Shown here one piece after another: positions 1-12,508 of a stretch of DNA of 56,065 nucleotides. The translations under genes were made by a program, and so were the position numbers. Every line of letters starts with the position of its first letter. Position 1 is the stretch's first letter. The notes below the pieces were generated by a model, which worked only from the letters and a program-made list of their open reading frames with translations, did not search any database and was not told the origin of the DNA. The stretch covers positions 161,224,769 to 161,280,833 of the forward strand of contig NC_068982.1 of the NCBI RefSeq assembly GCF_001194135.2, written 5' to 3'. The DNA is from Octopus bimaculoides (Eukaryota).

Positions 1-160
1 TATACATAATTGTTAAAGAGGACAACAAAAGCTAAGGCAAGACAAATATTTCAAATCATACACCAGAATTCTACATCGAAGTAAAAAACATTTATACATA
101 TGCACGCACACACGCACACGCACACACACTCACACATACACACACAATAATAGTAACATA

Positions 161-345
161 TATGACTTGAGATGCTTGTCTTGCCTTAACGTTTGTTTCC
201 CTCTTTATATATCCGCTATATCGGAAATCTACAATGGTTCCATAACTCGCGTCTCGGCTATGACTCTGGAGCCCTGGTAATCCGTTACAGCTCTTATCCA
301 GCATACCTAGTCGTTTAGATCACCTGTAAACTAAACCTCCATATC
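161..345 (+). mobile_element. PLE terminal-repeat fragment (same family as 5452-5895, 27055-27690, 55545-56015)
   Basis: tatgacttgagatgcttgtcttgcctt and cctagtcgtttagatcacctgtaaactaaa align by eye with 27505-27690; a partial inverted copy lies at 15-60 (38/46 identical). Confidence 0.5.
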
Positions 346-473
346 TTGACTATATATATATGTATATATATATATATGTATGTATGTTCCATAAATCAGC
401 CTCAAAGCTCCCAAGATCCTTCATTCGGGGAGGGCATTTTCGGGATTTAAGCATCCCTACATAGGAAAGTGCA

Positions 474-510
<37 letters not shown>

Positions 511-916
511 NNNNNNNNNNNNNNNNNNNNNNNNNNNNNNNNNNNNNNNNNNNNNNNNNNNNNNNNNNNNNNNNNNNNNNNNNNNNNNNNNNNNNNNNNN
601 NNNNNNNNNNNNNNNNNNNNNNNNNNNNNNNNNNNNNNNNNNNNNNNNNNNNNNNNNNNNNNNNNNNNNNNNNNNNNNNNNNNNNNNNNNNNNNNNNNNN
701 NNNNNNNNNNNNNNNNNNNNNNNNNNNNNNNNNNNNNNNNNNNNNNNNNNNNNNNNNNNNNNNNNNNNNNNNNNNNNNNNNNNNNNNNNNNNNNNNNNNN
801 NNNNNNNNNNNNNNNNNNNNNNNNNNNNNNNNNNNNNNNNNNNNNNNNNNCAGTCAACGGTCAATCATAATAATGTATATATATATATATATATACATAC
901 ATACTTACATACATAC

Positions 917-947
<31 letters not shown>

Positions 948-1859
948 CATACATACATACATACATACATACATACATACTTATATATATATATATTAAA
1001 GATACTAAAAATTTCGAAATCTGTGTTCGGATATTCAGTAAAGCAAATGATCGAATCTGAGCATTCGATTACCAGAGCTGCATCACAAACTACTCTAAAA
1101 ATCGAGACTTTTTAAGTATATCGGAAACATTCACCACAGACTTACATAGAACTCTGGCAATTTTGATTTCCTATTCACTTGGTATTTTCTGTTATGTTTA
1201 CACTAATTTAATATTTTACGCTATGCAGAGATATGCCATTAAGTTTGACGGCCACTTCATATTTCGCAAGGCTTCATTCAACTCGAAACATTCAAAAACA
1301 TCTCAAAACCGCTAGCGTGCTAATGCAATTGTTACAACAATGTAAATATCGACGAGGTGATATTTGGTAATGAACAGCTGCAGAAAACTGGAAAGAAAAT
1401 AGTAATTCTAAAGACTTACATTAATGCAGGAATACGTGTATTCTATATTCATAAAACAAATAACACAATTTGAATTATTGGTCATGCAACAAATTAGGTA
1501 TAATTTTCGTTGTGAAGTGACAACAGTCAAGAAGTGAAACATTGTTTCATTAAATATATATTCATTCTGTTAAACATTATACTGTCTACAATGTTAACTG
1601 ACAACCGGTTACTAGCCTATTAACGAGCAGTTGCTGAGAAACTTCATTCCGATTATACAGACGTGAAATTATTCTGGCCCCGCCAGCAATTGCGGAATAT
1701 CGTAATTCGTTCTGCCTATACTACTGCAGTGTATGTACATCATCTAGTACTTTTTTAAAAGCAAGATATCTGCTTAGTTCTTCGCTATTATGATAAATAG
1801 AATTGTTATTGTTTGCAAAGTATATGCTACAGTATTTAGAAGTTGAAATTCACAATCAG

Positions 1860-2860
1860 AGACCGAGGCAAGGTGCCTACCACCTTGAATGCCGGCAGGT
1901 GCTCACAGTCCTCTGTCAGTTGGGCAATGAGTTCGGTAGAAGTTCACTTCTAAAGAGGTTTAGTGGCGGACAAGAGTGACGACGTTTTCGGAGAGACTCT
2001 GGGCATCGACAAGAATCAACTGGCTCGTCTGTTCCGGAAGACTTTCGGTCTGGGTCTCATGGATAATTTCCAAAACTCCTTAGCCTGGCAATACTACCGA
2101 GGNNNNNNNNNNNNNNNNNNNNNNNNNNNNNNNNNNNNNNNNNNNNNNNNNNNNNNNNNNNNNNNNNNNNNNNNNNNNNNNNNNNNNNNNNNNNNNNNNN
2201 NNNNNNNNNNNNNNNNNNNNNNNNNNNNNNNNNNNNNNNNNNNNNNNNNNNNNNNNNNNNNNNNNNNNNNNNNNNNNNNNNNNNNNNNNNNNNNNNNNNN
2301 NNNNNNNNNNNNNNNNNNNNNNNNNNNNNNNNNNNNNNNNNNNNNNNNNNNNNNNNNNNNNNNNNNNNNNNNNNNNNNNNNNNNNNNNNNNNNNNNNNNN
2401 NNNNNNNNNNNNNNNNNNNNNNNNNNNNNNNNNNNNNNNNNNNNNNNNNNNNNNNNNNNNNNNNNNNNNNNNNNNNNNNNNNNNNNNNNNNNNNNNNNNN
2501 NNNNNNNNNNNNNNNNNNNNNNNNNNNNNNNNNNNNNNNNNNNNNNNNNNNNNNNNNNNNNNNNNNNNNNNNNNNNNNNNNNNNNNNNNNNNNNNNNNNN
2601 NNNNNNTCTAAGCATATGCCTGTAGATTGAAAGAAGGTGAGGAGGAGAGGGCACTTGCTCTAGTTGTCAGGACGACCATAGTTTTGTGAGGTTTCCACCG
2701 GTAACCCTAAGAAGTCTCATTCTATGTAGGAATTATTGATCGTTGGAATTTATTTTACTGTTGTTTTTTTTTTGTTTTTTTAAACTTCATATAACTCTGC
2801 ATTGTATTGTCCTGAACTTTCTGCAATGTTATTGTGAATCCGTAGGGGTTAATAATGAAA
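1860..2860 (+). mobile_element. Tx1/L1-clade LINE 3' end, degenerate, interrupted by gap 2103-2605
   Basis: LARLFRKTFGLGLMDNFQNSLAWQYYRG resembles the region before the C-terminal zinc knuckle of L1/Tx1 ORF2; T-rich 3' UTR follows the gap. Confidence 0.45.
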
Positions 2861-2862
2861 AC

Positions 2863-3058
2863 ATTATTATTATTTTGGTTTAGCTCAGGTTCGTCTTATT
2901 CCTGATAAGATTTATGTGGGTATCGGATTACAACCTGTAACCTTAGGTATCCACAAGTTTTCAGCTGTTTTTCAAGTGCTTAGAACTCTCCAAATAATCC
3001 TTGCTGTCCCTAAGAGACAAACTTCCTGCAGGAGCTCTATCGGGAATTCCATTCCAAC
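2863..3058 (-). mobile_element. Dong/R4-clade non-LTR retrotransposon, 3' tip
   Basis: Minus strand reads ELLQEVCLLGTARIIWRVLST* (typical RLE C-terminus, LLGTAxILRK), then a 3' UTR and (AAT)3 tail; 5' junction abuts an (ATT/ATC)n array. Confidence 0.75.
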
Positions 3059-3146
3059 TACTACTAGTACTATAATTATTATCATCATCATCATCATAAT
3101 CACCATCATCATCATCATCATCATCATTATTATTATTATTATTATT

Positions 3147-3674
3147 GAGTGAGAGAGCAGTGACACTGGGGTAATATATACGAAGCCCAATATACCCATC
3201 GTGACTACTAGTCTGATAAGGATACACCAGGCACATGCATCACAATTATATGTGCGTGACATGGCGATCTCATATCAAGATTAACAGCGCATGACCTTGC
3301 AGGTGGGGCTTAGTTAGAATTTTCTTCAGGTCGTGTAGCCCATCCCACTCAAAAGATCCCTGAATAAGGGTTGTTTAACGAAACACCCATGTTTCCAGAG
3401 GTGAATTATCCAAACCCCAAATAATTCCTCTCGACACATGGCTATGATGCTCCCCAACTACTTCTGCTCGTGATCGGAGATGCGCATATCGTCATCCACT
3501 AAGGGACATGCTCAACTGGTTAAGCTCAAACAAATGACAAGTAAATCTGTGGTGTTGAGCAGAATATTTGCTGTAGCCCATCTCTTATACCAAGACAAAA
3601 CAATGTACATTATAACACTTCTAATCAGTTAAAATGAGAAGTCATGAAAGCCGCTGCCTGATACTGCATCTGGG

Positions 3675-3675
<1 letters not shown>
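3147..3675. mobile_element. ~530-bp non-coding interspersed element embedded between two (ATT)n arrays
   Basis: Complex non-coding block with sharp borders against (ATT)n at 3126-3146 and 3676 onward; recalled as an abundant octopus repeat, not verified. Confidence 0.55.
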
Positions 3676-3728
<53 letters not shown>

Positions 3729-4150
3729 CATCATCATCATCATCATCATCATCATGACTATTTTAGAAAGGATTATTATTATTATTATTATTATTATTAA
3801 TATTATTNNNNNNNNNNNNNNNNNNNNNNNNNNNNNNNNNNNNNNNNNNNNNNNNNNNNNNNNNNNNNNNNNNNNNNNNNNNNNNNNNNNNNNNNNNNNN
3901 NNNNNNNNNNNNNNNNNNNNNNNNNNNNNNNNNNNNNNNNNNNNNNNNNNNNNNNNNNNNNNNNNNNNNNNNNNNNNNNNNNNNNNNNNNNNNNNNNNNN
4001 NNNNNNNNNNNNNNNNNNNNNNNNNNNNNNNNNNNNNNNNNNNNNNNNNNNNNNNNNNNNNNNNNNNNNNNNNNNNNNNNNNNNNNNNNNNNNNNNNNNN
4101 NNNNNNNNNNNNNNNNNNNNNNNNNNNNNNNNNNNNNNNNNNNNNNNNNN

Positions 4151-4347
4151 GCCTAGTGTACCATATATTTGTATTTGTACAGTGTTGTTCTAGAGAATGT
4201 TTAAGAAACCATAAGAAAATTATGTGTTTGTTTTAAAATTTGAGATCACATAGACAATATTTTACGTAGGATATGGGCAGTTCCCATGAGCACTATATTT
4301 TGAACTTCAGCCATTTTGGGGTTTCCTGGTATCTGAGCTAGGTAGTA
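4151..4347 (-). mobile_element. Dong/R4-clade retrotransposon, 3' tip
   Basis: Minus strand reads IPGNPKMAEVQNIVLMGTAHILRKILSM*; 5' truncation point is directly at (ATT)n 4349-4407. Confidence 0.8.
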
Positions 4348-4406
<59 letters not shown>

Positions 4407-4609
4407 GAACAGTGGATTAGTAGAAAACTAGATTCCAGTATTCTATTTTTGAACGAATAATGAATATTTGAGTAGCCGTTGACATGCTTGGCAACCTTTA
4501 TGCTGCAATCACTGACTCCGGTATTAAGAGAATGACTACTAGAAAAGCGTTGTTATTCCACGATGATTATTAGGTGAAAAAGAACTGTGATGAGCTTTTC
4601 TACTTTTAA

Positions 4610-5150
4610 GCGTCAATGGGTAACTTTGATGGGGCTGAATCAGTAGATCTTGTATATTTATTGATTCTTTTTGAGCAAAATAACGAAGTAAAGAACACAA
4701 GCCTAGGATTTTACTGAGACGATGGATTGGAGCGGTACACACGTGAAACTGACAAGATATGAATAGCATTAGAAAGAAACCTAATCTGAACATTGCTGTT
4801 GGTACCAACTTCAAAATAGTCAATTATCTAGACATTACCATGAATTTCAATACAAGTAACTACTATACCTTCCACAAACCTAATGAAGAAATCACGAATA
4901 TAAAGCTCGATAAACAACATTTAATCATCAAAGAAATCCCTAATAACATAAGAAGGCACATTTATACACAATCCTCAGATAAAACAATCTTTAATAGAGC
5001 CGCACAGTGTTATAATATCGTGATGGCAAGATCTAACGTTGAAGAAACATCACCTACACTAAACGCACCTTCGCTAGATCTAGGGGATGTTGACATTGGA
5101 AAATTTTATTGCTTAATCCGCTATGAATGTATCAATCAATGCAGCTAGGT
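4610..5150 (+). mobile_element. Penelope-like element RT C-terminal fragment, degenerate
   Basis: MGNFDGAESVDLV...GFY*DDGL (LYRDDG motif), NFKIVNYLDITMNFNTSNYYTFHKPN, IIKEIPNNI...SSDKTIFNRAAQCYN match the PLE RT thumb region. Confidence 0.8.
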
Positions 5151-5418
5151 GGTTGTTTAATCGATAATTACTGGTCATTAAAATATTCAACAGACACTAT
5201 AATATTTATTGAATATTAATAGATTTTATATTGACATTCTAAAATATAAATATAAAAAACATGGAAAGTAATTATCTACATTCCCGATGTTGAGTACACA
5301 TACTTCCAGTTTGTTATTTACGCATATGCGTGTGCGCATGCGTGTACGTGAAAGAGAGAGAGAGTGGGAGAGAGAGCGGGAGAGAGAGGGAGGGAGGCAG
5401 GAGAGAGAGACATGGATG

Positions 5419-5451
<33 letters not shown>

Positions 5452-5452
<1 letters not shown>

Positions 5453-5895
5453 GGTTATGAGCGATAGTGGTGTCAATTAGACCCAGAGGTTTCAGGTAAT
5501 GCTGAGTAAGTGCTATGGATAGACTACAGTTAAGCTCCAGGTTCGGTGGTTATGCGAATAAGGGGTCCAACGTAGATCATATATCAGCGTGTGAATACAA
5601 GGATTTACTTTTCGTAATAAGATAAAAGACCAAGGCTGTGTATAATGTAGAACATTTATAAATAGAATGTCTTACAGCTGTTTCCAGGATATTTATTATA
5701 TCCCTTCATCGGAGACGGTGAGAGGATGATTAAACAATAGTTAATTTAGTTAAGATAGGAAATAGAGAGTGAATGTAGGGATATTGTATTTGTAAATCCA
5801 ATGTTTAGGCAGAATGGTATACATATAAGATTTCAATACCTTGTGAGTAAGATCCAATATATATGTGTGTATCCAATCTTAAAAACAATTAGATC
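5452..5895 (-). mobile_element. PLE remnant: GIY-YIG trace plus terminal repeat with hammerhead
   Basis: Minus strand IYIGSYSQGI (YIG motif) near 5830-5870; hammerhead at 5669-5716; downstream sequence is homologous to 55545-55740. Confidence 0.65.
5669..5716 (-). ncRNA. Minimal type-I hammerhead ribozyme motif (CCGAUGA variant)
   Basis: GUCU CCGAUGA A GGGAUAU aauaa AUAUCCU G GAAA CAGCUG UA AGAC: 4-bp stem I, 7-bp stem II, palindromic stem III ACAGCUGU, GUA triplet. Confidence 0.7.
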
Positions 5896-6194
5896 TTATA
5901 TATATATATATATATATATATNNNNNNNNNNNNNNNNNNNNNNNNNNNNNNNNNNNNNNNNNNNNNNNNNNNNNNNNNNNNNNNNNNNNNNNNNNNNNNN
6001 NNNNNNNNNNNNNNNNNNNNNNNNNNNNNNNNNNNNNNNNNNNNNNNNNNNNNNNNNNNNNNNNNNNNNNNNNNNNNNNNNNNNNNNNNNNNNNNNNNNN
6101 NNNNNNNNNNNNNNNNNNNNNNNNNNNNNNNNNNNNNNNNNNNNNNNNNNNNNNNNNNNNNNNNNNNNNNNNNNNNNNNNNNNNNNNNNNNNNN

Positions 6195-6242
<48 letters not shown>

Positions 6243-6263
6243 ATGCACACACACATATATATA

Positions 6264-6371
6264 CCGAGGCTATAGTAGAAGACACTTGCCCAAGGTGCCA
6301 CGCAGTGAGACTGAACCTGGAACCATGTGGTTGGCAAGCAAGCTACTTATCGCATAGCCATTCCTGCGCCT
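6264..6371 (-). mobile_element. tRNA-derived SINE family 1, 5' half (rest in gap)
   Basis: Reverse complement gives A-box/B-box-like head and the ggcaccttgggcaagtgtcttctactatagcctcgg core shared with 41146-41521. Confidence 0.85.
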
Positions 6372-6376
6372 AGAGG

Positions 6377-6660
6377 TTACATTTTTGAAGATATTTCATC
6401 TAACCTTTTGCTATGTCGACGCCCCCAAAGCGAAGAAGTAGGCTCGACCAAGACATATAAATAGAGGTAGTCTGACCGTGGGAGGTGAGGACTGACAGTT
6501 GAATAGCTGTTGAGTAGAAGACGAGTAGCAGTGGACTGACAGTTGAGTAGCCGTCGTGTAGCGGTTGAGCAGAGATCATTGGAAGGTGCAAGATAGCAGT
6601 AGCTTGAGACATAACACCTTTCAAGTAGAAAAAAATACACTCTACCTTCAAAAGCTTTCA
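6377..6660. repeat. Unclassified repeat-like block with a duplicated 14-mer
   Basis: ggactgacagttga occurs at 6489-6502 and 6533-6546; TATAAATA lies upstream at about 6455. Confidence 0.3.
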
Positions 6661-6907
6661 GTGAATTTTTGAGACACTTTAGCTGTGCAACTAAAGATAA
6701 TTGTACAACTATATATACATGTACACATATGAATATACTTATACGTGTGTACATGTGTATGTATATACGTCTCTATATATACATGTATGTATACATGTAC
6801 GTATGTATACATGTATGTATACATGTATGTATGTATGTGTGTATAGATAGATCGATAGCTAGATAGATAGATAGTTATACAGACACACACATATATGTGT
6901 GTGTGTG

Positions 6908-6957
<50 letters not shown>

Positions 6958-7338
6958 NNNNNNNNNNNNNNNNNNNNNNNNNNNNNNNNNNNNNNNNNNN
7001 NNNNNNNNNNNNNNNNNNNNNNNNNNNNNNNNNNNNNNNNNNNNNNNNNNNNNNNNNNNNNNNNNNNNNNNNNNNNNNNNNNNNNNNNNNNNNNNNNNNN
7101 NNNNNNNNNNNNNNNNNNNNNNNNNNNNNNNNNNNNNNNNNNNNNNNNNNNNNNNNNNNNNNNNNNNNNNNNNNNNNNNNNNNNNNNNNNNNNNNNNNNN
7201 NNNNNNNNNNNNNNNNNNNNNNNNNNNNNNNNNNNNNNNNNNNNNNNNNNNNNNNNNNNNNNNNNNNNNNNNNNNNNNNNNNNNNNNNNNNNNNNNNNNN
7301 NNNNNNNNNNNNNNNNNNNNNNNNNNNNNNNNNNNNNN

Positions 7339-7396
<58 letters not shown>

Positions 7397-8697
7397 GAAT
7401 AAAGTGTCTACTATTTTTGTGGAGAGCCCGAAGGTCAACTGAAATATTCAGTAGTAAACAAAATCTTCAACAAAGCTAAACGTTACCTCAAAATCATCTG
7501 GCTTGTTATTTGTATATTCTTTTTAAGTAACTATTCTTGATGTGCCAGGGAATGTCGATGTGTTTCTTCTACTACCATTGACTATTTAGCCGCCAGGTCT
7601 CCGATAAGAAAAGTTCTCTGTGTTGAGGTCGAAAATTTTAGAGGTGAAATGATAAAACCTTTTTACCAAAACCACGTTGTTCTCGATTTTCTAATACTAC
7701 ACACAGACACAGACACGCGCGCATGCGCGCACACATGCATCCATAGATACGCACGCACGTGTGTGTATGTGGAAGGCCTAGTCGATTCAAATGAGAAAGT
7801 AAATGCCACATCAGTGCCTGCTCCCCAGACGAAAAGAAAAAGCACAAAAAAAGATGTCAAACAGCAGCAGTGGAAATATTACCAACAACAAATGTGAAGA
7901 CCGTGGTTATTACTACTGCTCAACGGCTTCAGCACATTGTATGGCCAGAACAGAGGTAAACGAAATCGAACTAATGACGACCAAGATGCAGAAGAGTCTC
8001 CTCATCCAGCACAAGAAATAACCAGAAGTTACGAATACCAGTACCACGTCCATCATCCTGCAGTGGTATTGATAATACAAAGACTGGAGAAGGGCAAGAA
8101 ATGATCAGGGACAGTTAGTAAAGATGAATAAAAGGAGTTGAGGGAAGACAAAAAGCAAACTAGAAACTGGAAGTTCCTCACAAAGGGACGTCCGCCCACA
8201 CTCATAGACTGCTTGAACTTTACGTTGATTAGAAGAGTGAACCGTTGACTACTTGATGTGATGCTGACCCTCAAAGGAGACTAATTAGATACTATAGTGA
8301 AGGACAAGAGCCAAGCAACGCTAGACCGGCATGTGATTGGTTGAGACGTAACAGTTGTCTATTGACATATGGTGACGGCCCTTCACAGTTCGAATAACGC
8401 CGAGAATGACCCCATGCACTATCGGAGAACCAAGTTTGCAATAGTTGATCAGTATAGAAGGTGGTCAAAGTCGTGGGGGTACCCTAACGCTACATTTTCA
8501 CTTCAGTATGAGGATTGCACTTATTCATATTTATTTCGTGTACCAAATTTTTAATTTGTCTCAATATATTATGGTTTTACCGAATCTTCCTCGGCTATTA
8601 TATATACGTACATGTCCATCCCTACACGTTTTGTAACCTTTTTGTATGACTATTGTTCTCTTGTATATGTGTTGGCTCTTGTGGCCACTGAAGAAAT

Positions 8698-10440
8698 TAT
8701 TATTATTATTACTAGCATACTCGTGTTGGCAATGAAGCGATTTTTCTCTCCATTTCTTCTTCAGTATCTTTTGTAATTCAGCTTTCATGTTGTTTTTGTC
8801 TCTCTCAGTGCTGAATAATTTGCCTCTTCTCAGTGTGGCTCTGGCACATTTGTCCAGCTCTATGCTTATTCCGATGTCATTGCTGAAACTCTGAACAATT
8901 TTGATAAGGTTTCTCTGTTCCATGGTGCTTTTAGCGTAAAGTTTTAGGTCATTCATGTACAGGAGATGGTTTATTTTTTTGTCCGTAGCACCTATAATCC
9001 AAGGTGGTTTCGTTTAAAAAGTTTGTTAGCGGGGTCAGAGAAAGGCAGAAAAGCAAGGGTGACAGTGAGTCTCCCTGGAAAATCCCTCTTCTTATGGGTA
9101 TCGGATAGATTTTAATAACTTGTGAGCCATTTCTTAATGTTATTCAGATTTTCCAGTTTGCCATTGCACGTTTTATATATTTTAGTAGTGGTGAGGCTAC
9201 CTTATTTGTGTGGAGAGATTCCAGTATCTATGGATGTGGAACACTGTCGAATGCTTTTTGGTAATCAATCCATGATATCCCAGATGATTGTGGTCTGATC
9301 GTTGTCAGGTTTGTCATTCTCCTCTTACAGTCCTCAGTTTACCAGAAGTTGCTCCTTACAGCCATACATCCCTCTCCGATACCCTTTTTGTTCTTCTGGT
9401 AAGACATTATTGTTTTCCAGGTGCTTTATAAGCCTGTTTTAGATGACTGATGATAGGGTTTTGTAGGATGTTATTGGTTTGTAATTTTGTGGGTGTACGG
9501 TGTCTTTGTTCTTGGGAATTAGGGTGGCTTGCCCTTCCAGCATCCAGTTTGGTGTTGATTCTGGCTCACTTATCAATAAATTGAACGCTGCCGCGAAGTG
9601 ATTATGTGGATACTGGTGAGATGTTTCACCCTGAAGCTGGAGACTTTGTCTGTCCCTGGGGTTTTCCAGTTGCTGGTACTCCTCAGTGTGTCCATGATCT
9701 CTTGGCCTGTGAGGATGGACCGTATCTGTTGTTCTAGTCTTCTTCCTTTCCTTTTCCTTGCTAATCCACTAAGCATTTTTGTTGTATTTGGGGGGGGAGG
9801 GGGAGGTCTCCATATTGCCTCCCAGTGTGACTGAATCGCTGATGTTGTTGGCATGGCATATATTGATATAGTTTTTTTTTTTTTGTTGTTTAACATCCTA
9901 AAAAAACGTTTTGTGTTTAATTTGAATTCTTTATTTTGTCGGAAGAAGCGTTTCCGTTTTTCATACTGTTTTATGCGGCAAGTTTTTGTTGTTATGCCCT
10001 GTTTAATTTTTTCTTTTGCCTCCCAGATATCTTCTTTATTTTTTATGTTGTATTGTTTTGTTATATGAGCCTTTTTTTTACTTTTCATATTTGGCCGTTT
10101 TCTCTAATTCACAAAGTAGTGATAAGTTTTTCTTTTGTTTTTGAATTTTATTTATTATGATCTGTTTCCATTTGGGGTTTGAGATTTGGCTGGGATTTTT
10201 TGTTTTCTTTGTAAGGGTCAAGTCCAATTTCCTTGGATATCACTACATCTGTTGAATAGATCAAGTCATAGATCTAGTGTGTCTTTTGATATGGTCATTA
10301 TTATTTGTAAGGCTCTGTTGTATCTATTTATCCTTTCATAAAGCTGTTTAGTTTTCTGTAGCCTGGGGAGACGTTTACGCTGGTCCATATTTATTGACTG
10401 TGTGATGTTTAGTTCTTCTTCGACTATTATTTCTTTAATT
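8698..10440 (-). mobile_element. Dong/R4-clade retrotransposon, RT region, degenerate and internally deleted
   Basis: RIKQYEKRKRFFRQNKEF, NWKTPGTDK, EGQATLIPKNKDTVHPQNYKPIT, MNDLKLYAK (YMDD site), SFSNDIGISIELDKCARATLRRGK, KWREKSLH; ends at a short (AAT)n. Confidence 0.9.
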
Positions 10441-10620
10441 GAATGGATTACAAATGAGTTGGAGACGAGGAAAAGATGTTAAAAGACAAGATAGTTGGAG
10501 ATGTATGAGACTACGTTTAATAGACGTGTCATACTACAATCCCTAGATTCTAGTGAATCGTCTCTATTGAATGTTTTATGCGTATGTGTATATCTTGGGT
10601 GGTTTTTAAAGTGTATAAAA

Positions 10621-10661
10621 GGCACGTAGCTTAGTGGTTATGGTGTTCCGCTCACAATCGT
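10621..10661 (+). mobile_element. tRNA-like SINE head truncated by gap
   Basis: ggcacgtagcttagtggtta has an A-box and D-arm-like pattern and runs into N's. Confidence 0.5.
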
Positions 10662-11463
10662 NNNNNNNNNNNNNNNNNNNNNNNNNNNNNNNNNNNNNNN
10701 NNNNNNNNNNNNNNNNNNNNNNNNNNNNNNNNNNNNNNNNNNNNNNNNNNNNNNNNNNNNNNNNNNNNNNNNNNNNNNNNNNNNNNNNNNNNNNNNNNNN
10801 NNNNNNNNNNNNNNNNNNNNNNNNNNNNNNNNNNNNNNNNNNNNNNNNNNNNNNNNNNNNNNNNNNNNNNNNNNNNNNNNNNNNNNNNNNNNNNNNNNNN
10901 NNNNNNNNNNNNNNNNNNNNNNNNNNNNNNNNNNNNNNNNNNNNNNNNNNNNNNNNNNNNNNNNNNNNNNNNNNNNNNNNNNNNNNNNNNNNNNNNNNNN
11001 NNNNNNNNNNNNNNNNNNNNNNNNNNNNNNNNNNNNNNNNNNNNNNNNNNNNNNNNNNNNNNNNNNNNNNNNNNNNNNNNNNNNNNNNNNNNNNNNNNNN
11101 NNNNNNNNNNNNNNNNNNNNNNNNNNNNNNNNNNNNNNNNNNNNNNNNNNNNNNNNNNNNNNNNNNNNNTATATATATATAATATATGTATGCATATGTA
11201 TATATTGTATGTGTGTATGTATACATGTATTACATAATCACATAATCACTTCAAATACTCCTCAAATGTCCTTTCATTTCTTACCCATAATGACACTCTC
11301 ATACATACACACCACACATATACTCATACTTACACGCATACACGCATGCGCTGGCGATCTCTCATTTCACCTCCAGCTCTTCACCTTCCACCACCTTGTC
11401 ATTATTTTCTATTCCTCTTCTTTCTTTTCTAATTATACCATTTCTGTCACTTACACCCCCTTC

Positions 11464-11527
<64 letters not shown>

Positions 11528-11644
11528 GCTCGCACTTACTTTAATGTACTACCACCACCACCCAACATTTCTTGTACACTCGCATCTTTTTCCTATATCA
11601 CCTAACACTAACACACGCACGTACACACACAAACACACACACAC

Positions 11645-11684
<40 letters not shown>

Positions 11685-12171
11685 TCTCCACATATGTCTC
11701 CTAAACATCATGACTCTATTCGGTGGGAAAAAAACATCCAACGCAGCCAGCAAAACCTCGATGGCTTCATTCTGTCTTCTTTCTGTTCTTGCCGCTGCTG
11801 TTGATGATGAGGATGATGAGGATGATGAGGATGATGAGGATGATGAGGATGATGATCGTGACGGTTGTAGCTGTAGTGGCAGTAATGGCGGTAACGGTGG
11901 TAATGACGGTAATGGCCATGATGGTTATGATGGTGACGATGCTATTTTTGCTGTTGTTTTAGATAATCTAAGTTGGCTTGTCAACCAAAATAAATACACG
12001 CACACATACGCATGTATTCATCTCACTTCCTCTCTCTTTCTCTTCCCTTCTATCTCTCTCTCTATCTATCTCTATCTCTCTCTTTCTATATGTCTGTGTG
12101 TGTGTGAATGCGTATGTGCGCGTGCGTATGTGTGTGTGCGTGTATACACACATACATATATATATACATAA

Positions 12172-12224
<53 letters not shown>

Positions 12225-12441
12225 GATATATATGTATTTATATATGTATGTATGTATGTATGCATGTATGTATTTATGCATGTATCTTTATAAATTTAAT
12301 TTCTACAGACTATTTCTGATCTCCAACAATGAAAAACAAAATGGTTTAACCAAAATAAGTTCTGTAAACTTCTGATGTTGTTAGAATTCTTTTGTTCGAA
12401 CATATACACGCACGCACACATTTATGTGTCTGTATATGTAC

Positions 12442-12508
<67 letters not shown>

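Noticed and set aside
11572-12171. 199-aa ORF with a poly-DE tract
   Set aside because: A chain of (CA)n, (GATGAGGAT)n and (CT)n repeats.
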